A stretch of 56,427 nt of DNA from Patescibacteria group bacterium (GCA_038078615.1 JBBTWT010000001.1:1-56427), one strand, 5' to 3'. Positions 24,969 to 34,654 are shown, numbered from the stretch's first letter. Program-made: numbers and translations. The notes: generated by a model from the letters alone, not told the origin.

Positions 24969-25784
24969 TTAAGCTGCCAATTGTTTTGGCAGCGCAACTG
25001 CTCGACGGACACCGCCATCGGGATGCGAAGCGCCCAGATCGTACCAGCTCACGCCCACCCTGCGATCGGCCGGATGCCAGTACACGCCCGGCACGTAGCC
25101 ATCCGCATCACGAGAACCCGAGCACAACGTGATACCTTTCACATCGAGGTGTTGCTTGGTTTCGATAAAGTGTACTGCTCCGTGGACAAGTCGCTCGAGC
25201 ACCGTGACACCGATCAACTGATCCGGGTCGGCTTGACGAACCGATTGACCAAGAAACTCTTCATCGGCCTCCTGCTCATCACGCACCCAGAGGGCATAGG
25301 ACTCTGCTGATGTCCGGATGTTGCGTGTAATCACCGCATCCAGATCATCCGCGTACTGCCACAGTTTCCACCGTGGGTCATGCGCCACAAGGATGTTTCT
25401 GTACATTGCCGCTGAGTGATTCATCGTCAATCCTTTGAAGATGAAAATCAGACGCCGCTTGCCGACACTTGGTTTCTCGGGAATCAGCACCTCACTGAAG
25501 TCGGCTTCCATACCGAAATGAGTAAGGTAGATACCTTCCCAATAAGCCCGTCGGGCGGCATATCTGTCAGCAGTCACTACGAACACTTTGGAAAGTCCAT
25601 TTTTGACTTTTGTGGCCAGCATTTCCTTGCTCTGCAGTAAAGCCTTCCTTTCGCCAGAACTTAGGCTAAAGAAAAAGCGCGTGACAACTTCGGTGACTAC
25701 TGCCACTACGTAACCGAGTAAAATCCCCAACTGCTTCGCCTGTTGGGCAGTCGGTATCAATCGGTCTGTTCCATGATTTTTCAT
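24969..25784 (-). CDS. DGR variable (target) protein, N-terminal TM anchor, C-terminal variable region
   Basis: 271 aa from the ATG at 25784, with the RBS AGAGGA upstream; the ORF is open to 25856. It has a TM helix (LGILLGYVVAVVTEVVTRFFF). The C-terminus CSGSRDADGYVPGVYWHPADRRVGVSWYDLGASHPDGGVRR is the VR. Confidence 0.8.
   Translation of the reverse strand: MKNHGTDRLIPTAQQAKQLGILLGYVVAVVTEVVTRFFFSLSSGERKALLQSKEMLATKVKNGLSKVFVVTADRYAARRAYWEGIYLTHFGMEADFSEVLIPEKPSVGKRRLIFIFKGLTMNHSAAMYRNILVAHDPRWKLWQYADDLDAVITRNIRTSAESYALWVRDEQEADEEFLGQSVRQADPDQLIGVTVLERLVHGAVHFIETKQHLDVKGITLCSGSRDADGYVPGVYWHPADRRVGVSWYDLGASHPDGGVRRAVALPKQLAA
24973..24993 (-). other. Hairpin immediately 3' of VR (candidate DGR target-recognition stem-loop)
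   Basis: GCTGCCAA-ttgtt-TTGGCAGC. It is present next to VR but absent next to TR. Confidence 0.6.
24996..25118 (-). repeat. DGR variable repeat (VR)
   Basis: Counterpart of TR, forming the last ~41 codons before the terminal hairpin of the target ORF. Confidence 0.85.
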
Positions 25785-26030
25785 GGTTTGTTCCTCTTGG
25801 ATACACGCCAGCGGGCTCTCGGGTCTTCGAGTTTGCCATAGCCCAGTAAAATCCATACATCACATGGTAGTCAAAAATTACACGGGGCTATGGCAAAAGA
25901 CGCAAAAACGTATGTTTTTAATGAACTATACAGTGTACACCTGTTTCTTGATTTTGTCCAGAGCAAATCATGAAAAATGCTTTAAATAAAACATTTTTCT
26001 AGAAAGTAGTATCTTCTACAAGCTCATGCG

Positions 26031-26954
26031 CTAGCCCTTCTGCTTCCGCAGATAATCGTAGGCGGACAGGAGCGCCGCCACGCCGTCGCCGGCGGAAATG
26101 TTGTTCTGCTTGTAAGGAGCGTCGGTCGCATCGCCGGTGGCGAATATGCCGGGGCGCGATGCCGCCTTGGTGCGATGGTCGAGGATGATCTCTCCGCGTT
26201 CGTTGAGATCGAGCAGTCCTTTCACGAATTCCGTATTCGGCACCATGCCTATTTCCACGAACACTCCGTCAAGCGCGAGCTCTGTCTGCTTATCGCCTGT
26301 TTTGTCGAGGTAGCGTATGCCGGTCACCTTGTCCTCGCCGAGCACCGCCTCCGTGAGCGCATTGTATATCACCCGCACTTTTTCCGATGCCAGGACTTTC
26401 GTCTGCGTGACCGCATCGCCCTTGAGAACATCGGAACGGACGATGATCGAGATATGGGACGCGTACGGGAGCAGGTCTTCCGCCGCTTCGAGCCCCGCAT
26501 TGCCTCCGCCGACGACCGCCACCTTCTTGCCGCGGAAAAACGGCGCATCGCACGTCGAACAGTAGACGACGCCCTTGCCCACGAACTTCTCCTCGCCGGG
26601 CACGTCGAGATGGCGGTGGCGTCCGCCGGTCGCGATGATGATCGTCTTCGTCTCATATCGTTTTCCGGCATCCGTACCAACCGTGTAGCGACCGTCTTTT
26701 TCCACGACGCTCGTCGCGCGTACTCCCGTCACGATCTCGATGCCTTCCTGCGCCCGCAAATGCTTCTCAAGCGCCGCCGCGAACTCCCATCCGGGAATCG
26801 TCACCGTGCCGATCCAATTCTCGATGCTCGCCGATACCGCCGACTGGCTCTGGAAATTCTCCGTCAGGAACAGCGTCTTGAGCTGCTTGCGCGCCGCGTA
26901 CACCCCTGCCGCCACGCCTCCCGGTCCCCCGCCTACTATTACGACGTCATACAT
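26031..26954 (-). CDS. trxB: Thioredoxin-disulfide reductase
   Basis: It has the FAD motif YDVVIVGGGPGGVAAGVYAA, the redox CSTCDAPFF motif and the NADPH motif VAVVGGGNAGLEAA. Confidence 0.85.
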   Translation of the reverse strand: MYDVVIVGGGPGGVAAGVYAARKQLKTLFLTENFQSQSAVSASIENWIGTVTIPGWEFAAALEKHLRAQEGIEIVTGVRATSVVEKDGRYTVGTDAGKRYETKTIIIATGGRHRHLDVPGEEKFVGKGVVYCSTCDAPFFRGKKVAVVGGGNAGLEAAEDLLPYASHISIIVRSDVLKGDAVTQTKVLASEKVRVIYNALTEAVLGEDKVTGIRYLDKTGDKQTELALDGVFVEIGMVPNTEFVKGLLDLNERGEIILDHRTKAASRPGIFATGDATDAPYKQNNISAGDGVAALLSAYDYLRKQKG

Positions 26955-26965
26955 ACATCTTCCGA

Positions 26966-28201
26966 TTAATTTTTCCCCCTATCCCGCATCGCCTGCGCCA
27001 CCCGCTCCACCGCTACCAGATATGCTCCCATACGCACTGATGTATTATACCGCTCTTTTTCATTCCAAACCGCATCGAACGCGGTCTCCATCTTCTCCTT
27101 CAGTCTGGCATTCACTTCCGCTTCTGTCCAGTAATAATTCATTGCGTTCTGCACCTGCTCGAAATACGAGACGGTCACGCCTCCGGCATTGGCCAAGATG
27201 TCCGGCACCACCGTAACACCCTTTTCGATCAGGATCTCTTCCGCTTCCGGTGTGACCGGGCCATTGGCGATCTCCACGATGAGTTTCGCCTGCACCTCAT
27301 GCGCATTGCCCTGATGAATCGCATTTTCGAGCGCTGCAGGAACGAGGATATCGGCCGGCACGGAAAGCACCGCTTCGCTCGGAAGCTTGTCGCATCCGAC
27401 GCACGTCTTCAGATCACCGGCGATGCGCTTGTGTTCGTCCACTGCTTTCACATCGAGCCCAACGCTATGGTACACCGTCGATTTCGAATCCGCTATGGCG
27501 ACTACCCTGTATCCGGCTGCGTCCAGCATACGCGCGAGATGTCCGCCACCGTTGCCGAACCCTTGGATCGCCACGGTTGCTTCTTTTCCGAGGTGCAGTT
27601 TAGCTGCAGCGCGCTCCAATATATAAAACGCTCCCTGGGCCGTCGCATACCCGCGCCCGAGCGACCCGCCGACTGAAACCGGCTTTCCAGTAATCACTCC
27701 AGTAGACTGCTCGCCGGAGAACATCTCGTATTCGTCGAGCATCCATCCCATAATGCGCGGATCTGTCGCAACGTCCGGTGCCGGCACATCGCGATTCTTG
27801 CCTATAATACATGCAATGGCTCGCATATATCCACGCGAGAGCATCTCCAACTCCCGATCGGACAATGGCTTCGTATCGACGATCACGCCGCCCTTGCCCC
27901 CACCGAGCGGGATGTCAACGACGGCCGTTTTCCAGGTCATCCACATCGAAAATGCCATCACTTCTTCGCGTGTCACGCTTTGATGAAAGCGTATGCCTCC
28001 TTTGTACGCCCCGCGAGCATTGTTGTGCTGCGACCGGTAACCGGCAAATACCCTCGTCGTGCCATCATCCATTCTGACCGGTATCGATACCTCGAGCACC
28101 CGATCCACATGGAGGAGCCGCTCGAAAATGTGCGGATTGATCTTGAGTATCGCCTGCATGTCCCGCAGCCGCTGTCGCTCTGATTCGAGAGGGTTGTCCA
28201 T
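26966..28201 (-). CDS. gdhA: Glutamate dehydrogenase (Glu/Leu/Phe/Val dehydrogenase family)
   Basis: It contains KGGIRFHQSVTREEVMAFSMWMTWKTAVVDIPLGGGKGGV. Confidence 0.85.
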   Translation of the reverse strand: MDNPLESERQRLRDMQAILKINPHIFERLLHVDRVLEVSIPVRMDDGTTRVFAGYRSQHNNARGAYKGGIRFHQSVTREEVMAFSMWMTWKTAVVDIPLGGGKGGVIVDTKPLSDRELEMLSRGYMRAIACIIGKNRDVPAPDVATDPRIMGWMLDEYEMFSGEQSTGVITGKPVSVGGSLGRGYATAQGAFYILERAAAKLHLGKEATVAIQGFGNGGGHLARMLDAAGYRVVAIADSKSTVYHSVGLDVKAVDEHKRIAGDLKTCVGCDKLPSEAVLSVPADILVPAALENAIHQGNAHEVQAKLIVEIANGPVTPEAEEILIEKGVTVVPDILANAGGVTVSYFEQVQNAMNYYWTEAEVNARLKEKMETAFDAVWNEKERYNTSVRMGAYLVAVERVAQAMRDRGKN

Positions 28202-28217
28202 AACATTATGTATTATC

Positions 28218-28487
28218 TCATTGTATCTTAAACAGGGATTTCAGATACGTCTCATCGATCTTTTTCTTGCCGTCCCACTTGCAGAGGATGTCGTCTTTCA
28301 GTAGTTCGACTCCGAGCATCGCGACCGCCTCGCGGATAGCGGAAATCTGCGTGATCACATCGAGACACTCCTCCCCGCCTTCGACCATCCGACGCACACC
28401 GCGCAGCTGTCCCTCGATGCGGGCGATACGGGACAGCATCTTGTCCTTTTCGCTTTTCTCTATTCTCCCCAGAGCCATAATATACAT
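28218..28487 (-). CDS. CsoR/RcnR/FrmR-family metal-sensing transcriptional repressor
   Basis: 89 aa with the RIEGQLRGVRRMVEGGEECLDVITQISAIREAV pattern. Confidence 0.75.
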   Translation of the reverse strand: MYIMALGRIEKSEKDKMLSRIARIEGQLRGVRRMVEGGEECLDVITQISAIREAVAMLGVELLKDDILCKWDGKKKIDETYLKSLFKIQ

Positions 28488-28552
28488 GTCATCAAAAAAT
28501 ACCCTCTAGGGGTATATTAGAATGTCCTTTCGAACATGTCAAGCAAAAAGGT

Positions 28553-29956
28553 TTACAGCTCCTCCACTGCCTTGCGGAACTGCTCGCCGCGATCGAATTC
28601 GTTCTTGAAGAGCCCGAAGCTGGTCGCGCCCGGAGAAAGCAGCACGACGTCTCCCGGCTCGGCGCCGCGCGCCGCAAGCTCCACTGCCTTTGCCATAGTT
28701 TCCACCACTTCAAACGGACGGGTTTTTTGTCCTTCGGGAAGATGTGTTTTGAGTGCCGCAAGTAATTTTTCTGTCGCTGTACCCTTGAGCAACACCAGTC
28801 CCTTGGAACGCTTGAGAATCTCTTTCGCCAGAGCATCAAATTCCAGGCGCTTGTCATTCCCCCCGGCGATGAGGATCACCGGTTCTGTGAAAGAACGGAG
28901 TGCCGCGATAGCCGCTTCTGGGATCGTCGCGGTCGTATCATTGTAATACTGCACGCCGTTTTTCTCGCCCGTACGTTCCAGACGATACTGAATCCCAGCA
29001 AAACTCATGATGCCGGAGGCAATCTGTTTCGGAGCGAGTCCATACGCGAGTGTCGTCGCAACCGCCGCCAAGACATTGGCCGTATTGTGCTCCCCTTTGA
29101 GCGGTATACGGGCAAGCGGCACCATCTCTTTCGTTTCTCCTTGTTTGCGCATACATATTTTCCCGTCTTCCATCCATACGCCATCGCCATCGATTTTTGT
29201 GTCACGAGAAAACCAGATGAGCGCCCCCTGGGCATCCTGCGCCAAAGCGCGCACCTCCGCGTCATCGAAGTTGGCGATCAGGACATCTTTTTGCTTCTGA
29301 AACAAGAAGATGTTTTTTTTGTCGGCCGCATATGCTTCCATCGTCTTGTAATAATTGAGATGATCCGGATAGATATTGGTCAGCACCGCGATATGCGGGC
29401 TTTTCCTGAGGCGCCCGAGTGCGGAAAGGCGCCACGAGGAAAGTTCGAACACGGCGATACTGTCGGGAGTGATTTTCCCGAGCATTCCGAGCACACTCAC
29501 CTGTCCGATGCCCACGCGTACGACCCGCTTGCCGGCTTTCTCCAGAATATGCGCGATGAGTGTCGCGGTCGTCGTCTTGCCTTTCGTCCCGGTCACACCG
29601 ATGATCGGCGCCTTGCACAGGGCGAAGAAAATGCTCGAATCCATCTCCACCGGTACGCGGTGCTTCTCCGCCAGCTGGATATACTCGTTCGTCCAAGGGA
29701 TCACGGGATTCTTGATCACCATATCGGTGTGCGTAAAATCCTCAGGCCGATGCTGGCCGAGTACGTACGTCACGTTCTTGTATTTCGCGAGCTTTTCGAG
29801 CGAACCGCCGAGCTCCTCGCGGCTCTTGATATCGGTCACGACGATTTCCCGCGCGCCGTGCTCGACAAGAAATTTCACCGTGCCGATGCCTCCCATATTG
29901 AGACCCAGGCCGAACACCGTCACCCGCTTATCCTTGAAAAAAGATTCCTGAAGCAT
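28553..29956 (-). CDS. murD: UDP-N-acetylmuramoyl-L-alanine--D-glutamate ligase
   Basis: It contains KRVTVFGLGLNMGGIGTVKFL and the Mur ligase P-loop GVTGTKGKTTTATLIAHIL. Confidence 0.85.
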   Translation of the reverse strand: MLQESFFKDKRVTVFGLGLNMGGIGTVKFLVEHGAREIVVTDIKSREELGGSLEKLAKYKNVTYVLGQHRPEDFTHTDMVIKNPVIPWTNEYIQLAEKHRVPVEMDSSIFFALCKAPIIGVTGTKGKTTTATLIAHILEKAGKRVVRVGIGQVSVLGMLGKITPDSIAVFELSSWRLSALGRLRKSPHIAVLTNIYPDHLNYYKTMEAYAADKKNIFLFQKQKDVLIANFDDAEVRALAQDAQGALIWFSRDTKIDGDGVWMEDGKICMRKQGETKEMVPLARIPLKGEHNTANVLAAVATTLAYGLAPKQIASGIMSFAGIQYRLERTGEKNGVQYYNDTTATIPEAAIAALRSFTEPVILIAGGNDKRLEFDALAKEILKRSKGLVLLKGTATEKLLAALKTHLPEGQKTRPFEVVETMAKAVELAARGAEPGDVVLLSPGATSFGLFKNEFDRGEQFRKAVEEL

Positions 29957-29964
29957 ATATCATT

Positions 29965-31560
29965 CTACCACTCGAACCAGCCTTTGGTGCGCCGCAAGAC
30001 CTTGCCGAACCGTTTTCCGGACAGCAGCTCCCCTTCGTCCATCGCGAGAGAGCCGTTGATAACGAGAGAGGATATGCCGGTCGCGTATCGGTACGGGGCT
30101 TCCATCGTGGCGCGATCAGCGATAGTTTCCGGCTGAAATACGACTATATCAGCGAAATAGCCCTCTTGCAAGAGACCTCTTTTCTCAAGCCGGAATTTCA
30201 TTGCCGGTTTGCCGCTCATCTTGTGCACCGCTTCTTCCCAGCTGAGTGCCTTTTGTTTGCGGACATATTCGGCAAACACTTTCGGAAATGCCCCGAAGTT
30301 GCGGGGGTGTACCATTTCACCGGTTTCCGCATATCCGACATCATATCCGACGCCGTTGCTCGAAATGACGGAGAACGGATGCTGTATGGCCTTCAAGATA
30401 TTTTTTTCCGACAGCACTTCCATCGAGACAATCGCCCGGCCATTGCTTGCGATCAAGAAATCAAGCACGGTTTCTTCGGGAGACTTCCCTTGCAAAGCGG
30501 CAATCTCCGAAATCCTGTGCCGCGACAACATCTTGCTCAGGGCCGATGCCGAAATGAGGATCTGCGAATAGTCGATCCCTTTCTGACGCATATCGCGGAG
30601 CACCGTGTTTCTGACGCCCGGATCCTTCAGCCGCGCGAGCATCATCTTGCGCCCCTCCTGCGTCACCCATTCCGGCAGGAGCGTATAGAGCACCGATCCC
30701 GTCGTCGTGTAAGGATAGACATCGAAACTGATCTGCATATCGTTCAGCGCGGCGGTTTCGATGAGATTGAACGCCTCATCCATCAGGTGCCAGTTGCTTT
30801 TGCCGACTGCTTTGAGATGCGAGATATGCAGCGGCGCCTTGGTATCGCGAGCAACCGCTATAGCCTCTTCGACCGATTTCACCAGCCCTCCCCCTTCATC
30901 GCGCACATACGTGACATACACCCCGCCTTGAGCGACAGCGGTTTTCGCCAGCGCTGAAAGTTCCCGAATCCCGGCTCCGCGCGCGTGCGTATACATAAGT
31001 CCGGTAGACAATCCGATAGCGCCCTCTTTCATAGCTGTCCTGAGCATCTTCTGCATGATTTCGATCTCGTCCGGCGTGATGGTGCGCGTCCTGTCTTTCA
31101 TCGCGCCGCGACGGATCGTTCCATGCCCCACCAAAGTGGCGAAGTTCACTGCCGGACGGCGCCGCTCCACCTCCCGCAGAAAATCCTCCATGGACAGCCA
31201 GTTGAAGTTTATTCTCTCCACATCCGTCCATTTCTGAATCGACCGGATGATTTCCGGATCGGTCAACGGCGCGAGCGACGATCCGGAATTGCCGCCGACG
31301 ATCGTGGTGACGCCCTGAGAGAGCAGGCTCTCAAGTTCCGGATGGGCGAGCAGCCTCCAGTACGTATCGGAGTGGTTGTTGACATCGACGAATCCGGGAG
31401 TCACATACTGTCCCGTCGCGTCGATCACACGCTCCGCATGCGCGTGCGGCAAATCACCGATAGCCGCGATGCATCCGTCACGTACCGCGATATCCGCGCG
31501 ATACATCGGACGGCCGCTGCCATCGATCACCGTTCCGTTTTTGATGAGGATATCATACAT
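29965..31560 (-). CDS. N-acyl-D-amino-acid deacylase (D-aminoacylase) family amidohydrolase
   Basis: The protein begins MYDILIKNGTVIDGSGRPMYRADIAVRDGCIAAIGDL and contains TPGFVDVNNHSD. The ORF is open to 31641, but the ATG at 31560 gives the canonical N-terminus. Confidence 0.75.
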   Translation of the reverse strand: MYDILIKNGTVIDGSGRPMYRADIAVRDGCIAAIGDLPHAHAERVIDATGQYVTPGFVDVNNHSDTYWRLLAHPELESLLSQGVTTIVGGNSGSSLAPLTDPEIIRSIQKWTDVERINFNWLSMEDFLREVERRRPAVNFATLVGHGTIRRGAMKDRTRTITPDEIEIMQKMLRTAMKEGAIGLSTGLMYTHARGAGIRELSALAKTAVAQGGVYVTYVRDEGGGLVKSVEEAIAVARDTKAPLHISHLKAVGKSNWHLMDEAFNLIETAALNDMQISFDVYPYTTTGSVLYTLLPEWVTQEGRKMMLARLKDPGVRNTVLRDMRQKGIDYSQILISASALSKMLSRHRISEIAALQGKSPEETVLDFLIASNGRAIVSMEVLSEKNILKAIQHPFSVISSNGVGYDVGYAETGEMVHPRNFGAFPKVFAEYVRKQKALSWEEAVHKMSGKPAMKFRLEKRGLLQEGYFADIVVFQPETIADRATMEAPYRYATGISSLVINGSLAMDEGELLSGKRFGKVLRRTKGWFEW

Positions 31561-31637
31561 AGCGTACCAAGATATACTTATATGAGAACACCACGGCTTT
31601 CCCCTTTCTTGTTTTTCCTTCCGTATTCCCTTTCGTT

Positions 31638-32726
31638 TCAACCATACACGATACTCTCTTTCACCTCGGTCATAAACTCCTTATCCTGCTGGAGCGGCCT
31701 GGGGATAAGCAGCTCTATATCCGTCGCCTCCTTGAGATCTTTCACTCTTTCCAGCGCCGCCTTTTTCGCTATGCGCATCATCTCGTCATAGTCATCCATA
31801 TTCGGCTGGATGAATCTGACATTGCGATAATCCCGCTTCACGGCCGCCAGAACGACTTTCGATGTCCTCGCTTCCGGCAGCATCTCGGAAAGCGCGTTTC
31901 CGGAATTGCGCGGGTTGCGGAGAGACGCTACGCGGATATTGAAGTCTTCGTTTCTCTTGAGCGTGTCCAAATCGGCATAGTGCATAGCATACGCCGGATC
32001 GATTTCCGCCACCTTGAGCATAAATGCCTTGTTCTTTTTCGCATCGGCCGGCATCTCCTGCAGCAGTGTCCCGAGGGATCCGATATTATTTTTCAATTGA
32101 TCCAGATAGCGATGGAATTCGCTTCCTTCCTTGATCTCATCATCACGTATGCCCTCTTTTCCAAACTCCTCTTTTTCTTTTTCTCCTTCTACGGATATGG
32201 GCGCTTCCATCACCGGTGCCGCTGTCAAGACCTCTTTTCCTCCGGGCACCGTTTCTCGTTTGTGATAAGACACGTCTTCGCCGCCTCCCGCTGCCGGAAT
32301 GGCAGAAGGCTTTTCCTGACCCGCTCTGCTCGACGAGAGAGCCTCTCTGCCCAAGTCTCCCAGTGTCTTCTCGATCTCTTTGCGGCGCGCAATCAATTCC
32401 AAAAGCTCTTCATCGGCTTTATCCGGAATGATCAATCGATTCAGCTCCGCCAGCGCTGCCTCGAGCTCCTCCTGTTTTTTCCGCAGCTCCCGCGTCGTCT
32501 TCTCTTTTTCTTCCCGTCGCTTTTTTTCCAGCGCCAGGATCTCCGCCTCTTCCCTCTGTCGCTCCTCATATGCGCGCTGCAATTCGAGCAGGCGGGTGCG
32601 TTCCGAGAGCAAGCTCAAAATCGTCTCGTCCGGGAGCGTCCCCAGCCGCATCTCTGCGATTTCCTGCAATCGCGTGGCAGAGTCCGTCACTTCTGATTTT
32701 ATTTTCGTACCCTTGGCCATACTCAA
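31638..32726 (-). CDS. Coiled-coil hypothetical protein with DUF4116-like C-terminal repeats
   Basis: 362 aa. The central region is Glu/Lys/Arg-rich (EEAEILALEKKRREEKEKTTRELRKKQEELEAALAEL). The C-terminal KVVLAAVKRDYRNVRFIQP resembles DUF4116 repeats, judged by eye only. Confidence 0.5.
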   Translation of the reverse strand: MSMAKGTKIKSEVTDSATRLQEIAEMRLGTLPDETILSLLSERTRLLELQRAYEERQREEAEILALEKKRREEKEKTTRELRKKQEELEAALAELNRLIIPDKADEELLELIARRKEIEKTLGDLGREALSSSRAGQEKPSAIPAAGGGEDVSYHKRETVPGGKEVLTAAPVMEAPISVEGEKEKEEFGKEGIRDDEIKEGSEFHRYLDQLKNNIGSLGTLLQEMPADAKKNKAFMLKVAEIDPAYAMHYADLDTLKRNEDFNIRVASLRNPRNSGNALSEMLPEARTSKVVLAAVKRDYRNVRFIQPNMDDYDEMMRIAKKAALERVKDLKEATDIELLIPRPLQQDKEFMTEVKESIVYG

Positions 32727-32742
32727 TATGATAATACGCCGT

Positions 32743-33753
32743 TTACCCGATCAGCTGCGCCAGTTCCACCAGGCGGTTCGAATATCCCCACTCGTTGTCA
32801 TACCACGCGATCACCTTGACGAGATTCCCGCCGACCACCTTGGTCATCGGCAGGTCCACGATGCTCGAATGTGGGTTGCCGATGAAATCCGATGAGACGA
32901 GCGGCGCTTCCGTGACGGCAAGCACGTTCCGATAGCGGGGATCGTTTGCCGCGTCTTTCAAGACTTGGTTGATTTCCGCCTTCGTCGTCGCACGCTTCAG
33001 GAGAAACGTGAAATCGGTCAGGGATACGACGATCGTCGGTACGCGTACCGCGATACCGTCGAACAGGCCCCCAAGCCCCGGCATCACCTGCGTCACGGCG
33101 ATAGCGGCACCGGTGCTGGTCGGCACGATATTCTGCGCGGCCGCCCGGGCGCGCCGCAGATCCTTGTGCGGTCCGTCCTGGATATTTTGATCCGCCGTGT
33201 ACGAGTGGATCGTCGTCATCAGCGCTTTCTCGATGCCGAACGCTTCGTCGAGCACCTTGGCGACCGGCGCGAGCGAATTGGTCGTGCAAGAGGCATTGGA
33301 TATGACCGTTTCGTCCGCATACATATCCTCATTGACCCCCAGAAGGAATGTCGGTACGGAGCCATCTTCTCCCTTGGCAGGCGCCGAGAGGATGACTTTT
33401 TTCGCACCGGCTCCGATATGCTGTCCGGCCGATCGCTTGTCCGTGAGCCGGCCGGTGCATTCGAGCACCACGTCGACATCCAATTCTTTCCAGGGCAGTT
33501 TTTTCGGATCCGGTTCGGCATACACGGGAAATACCCTTCCTTCCACGACGAGCTTCCCGTCGCGCACCGACACCTGTTTCCGATAATGCCCGTAGGCGGT
33601 ATCGTATTGCAAGAGGTGAGCGAGAACATCGGCACTGACGAGGTCGTTGATCGCCACCACCTCGATATCGTGCTTCTCGAGCGCGATCTTGAAGGCGGCG
33701 CGACCGATGCGCCCGAATCCGTTTATCGCGATCTTTTTCTTCGCTGTTGCCAT
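32743..33753 (-). CDS. gap: Type I glyceraldehyde-3-phosphate dehydrogenase
   Basis: Motifs KIAINGFGRIGRAAFK and SNASCTTNSLAP are present. Confidence 0.92.
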   Translation of the reverse strand: MATAKKKIAINGFGRIGRAAFKIALEKHDIEVVAINDLVSADVLAHLLQYDTAYGHYRKQVSVRDGKLVVEGRVFPVYAEPDPKKLPWKELDVDVVLECTGRLTDKRSAGQHIGAGAKKVILSAPAKGEDGSVPTFLLGVNEDMYADETVISNASCTTNSLAPVAKVLDEAFGIEKALMTTIHSYTADQNIQDGPHKDLRRARAAAQNIVPTSTGAAIAVTQVMPGLGGLFDGIAVRVPTIVVSLTDFTFLLKRATTKAEINQVLKDAANDPRYRNVLAVTEAPLVSSDFIGNPHSSIVDLPMTKVVGGNLVKVIAWYDNEWGYSNRLVELAQLIG

Positions 33754-33776
33754 AGGGTTTCTTTTTTATTCCTGAT

Positions 33777-34634
33777 TCATGCTTTCTCCGCGCTGCCGAA
33801 GGCGAGTAGCTTCTCCTTGACGGCCTCCTTGGTATGCGTCTTGGCCTGACCCAGCACCTTGCGCAGATCCGTCTCGTCTTCGGAACGGAGCGCCTCGCGC
33901 AGACCGCCGATAAAGGCGAGGCGCAGAGCCGTATCGACATTGAAGCAGCTGATGCCCCGATCGATCACTTCTTTCACCCGGCCGTTGTGCCAATCGGATG
34001 CGCCGTGCAGCACGAGCGGCACATCGACGCGCTTCGCTATCTCCGCCAGCCGGTCATAATCAGGCTCCGTGCGCTCGCGGAAAAACCCATGGGCGTTGCC
34101 GATGGCGACCGCCAGCGTATCGATGCCCGTCTCCTTCACGAATTCCACCGCCTGATCCGGATCTGTCATATATTTCTCCCATTCGATGTTCTCCATCTGC
34201 ATCTCGCCGAGATACGGGACATTGCCGAGCTCCGCCTGCACCGAGATGCCGCGCTTGTGGGCGATCTCCACGATTTTTTTGGTCATCATACAATTGTCGA
34301 CATATTCCTTGCGCGAACCGTCGTACATCACCGATCCGAAACCGATATCCATCGCCCGCTCCACGACTTCGAAGCTCTTGCCATGGTCGAGATGGATCCC
34401 GACCGGGATGTCCGGAGCATAGAATTCCGCGATGTTCCTGATCAGATGAAAAATAGCCCGCCCGCCGGCATAATCGAACGTCTTTTCCGTCAACTGGACG
34501 ATGACCGGCGAGGAGAGTTCTTTGGCCGCTTCGATGATCGCCCGCGTTGTCTCGAGATTGACCGTGTTGAACGCGCCGACGGCATATTTCCCGGCCTTGG
34601 CGTTTACAAGCAGTGTCTTGACATCGGCGATCAT
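33777..34634 (-). CDS. fba: Class II fructose-bisphosphate aldolase
   Basis: Motifs YAVGAFNTVNLETTRAIIEAA, GIHLDHG and the LVLHGASD pattern are present. Confidence 0.85.
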   Translation of the reverse strand: MIADVKTLLVNAKAGKYAVGAFNTVNLETTRAIIEAAKELSSPVIVQLTEKTFDYAGGRAIFHLIRNIAEFYAPDIPVGIHLDHGKSFEVVERAMDIGFGSVMYDGSRKEYVDNCMMTKKIVEIAHKRGISVQAELGNVPYLGEMQMENIEWEKYMTDPDQAVEFVKETGIDTLAVAIGNAHGFFRERTEPDYDRLAEIAKRVDVPLVLHGASDWHNGRVKEVIDRGISCFNVDTALRLAFIGGLREALRSEDETDLRKVLGQAKTHTKEAVKEKLLAFGSAEKA

Positions 34635-34654
34635 AGGAGCCTTGTTATCAGAAA

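Larger units (their letters stand above)
23078..25784 (-). mobile_element. Diversity-generating retroelement cassette (RT, Avd-like ORF, TR, target gene with VR)
   Basis: See the component features. The TR/VR pair shows adenine-only substitutions. Confidence 0.85.

Noticed and set aside
25832-25897. 13-bp inverted repeat (TTTGCCATAGCCC with GGGCTATGGCAAA) upstream of the DGR target gene, considered as an operator or riboswitch-like leader.
   Set aside because: It is a single occurrence with a 40-nt loop and no recognisable promoter hexamers around it. It is noted but too weak to call.
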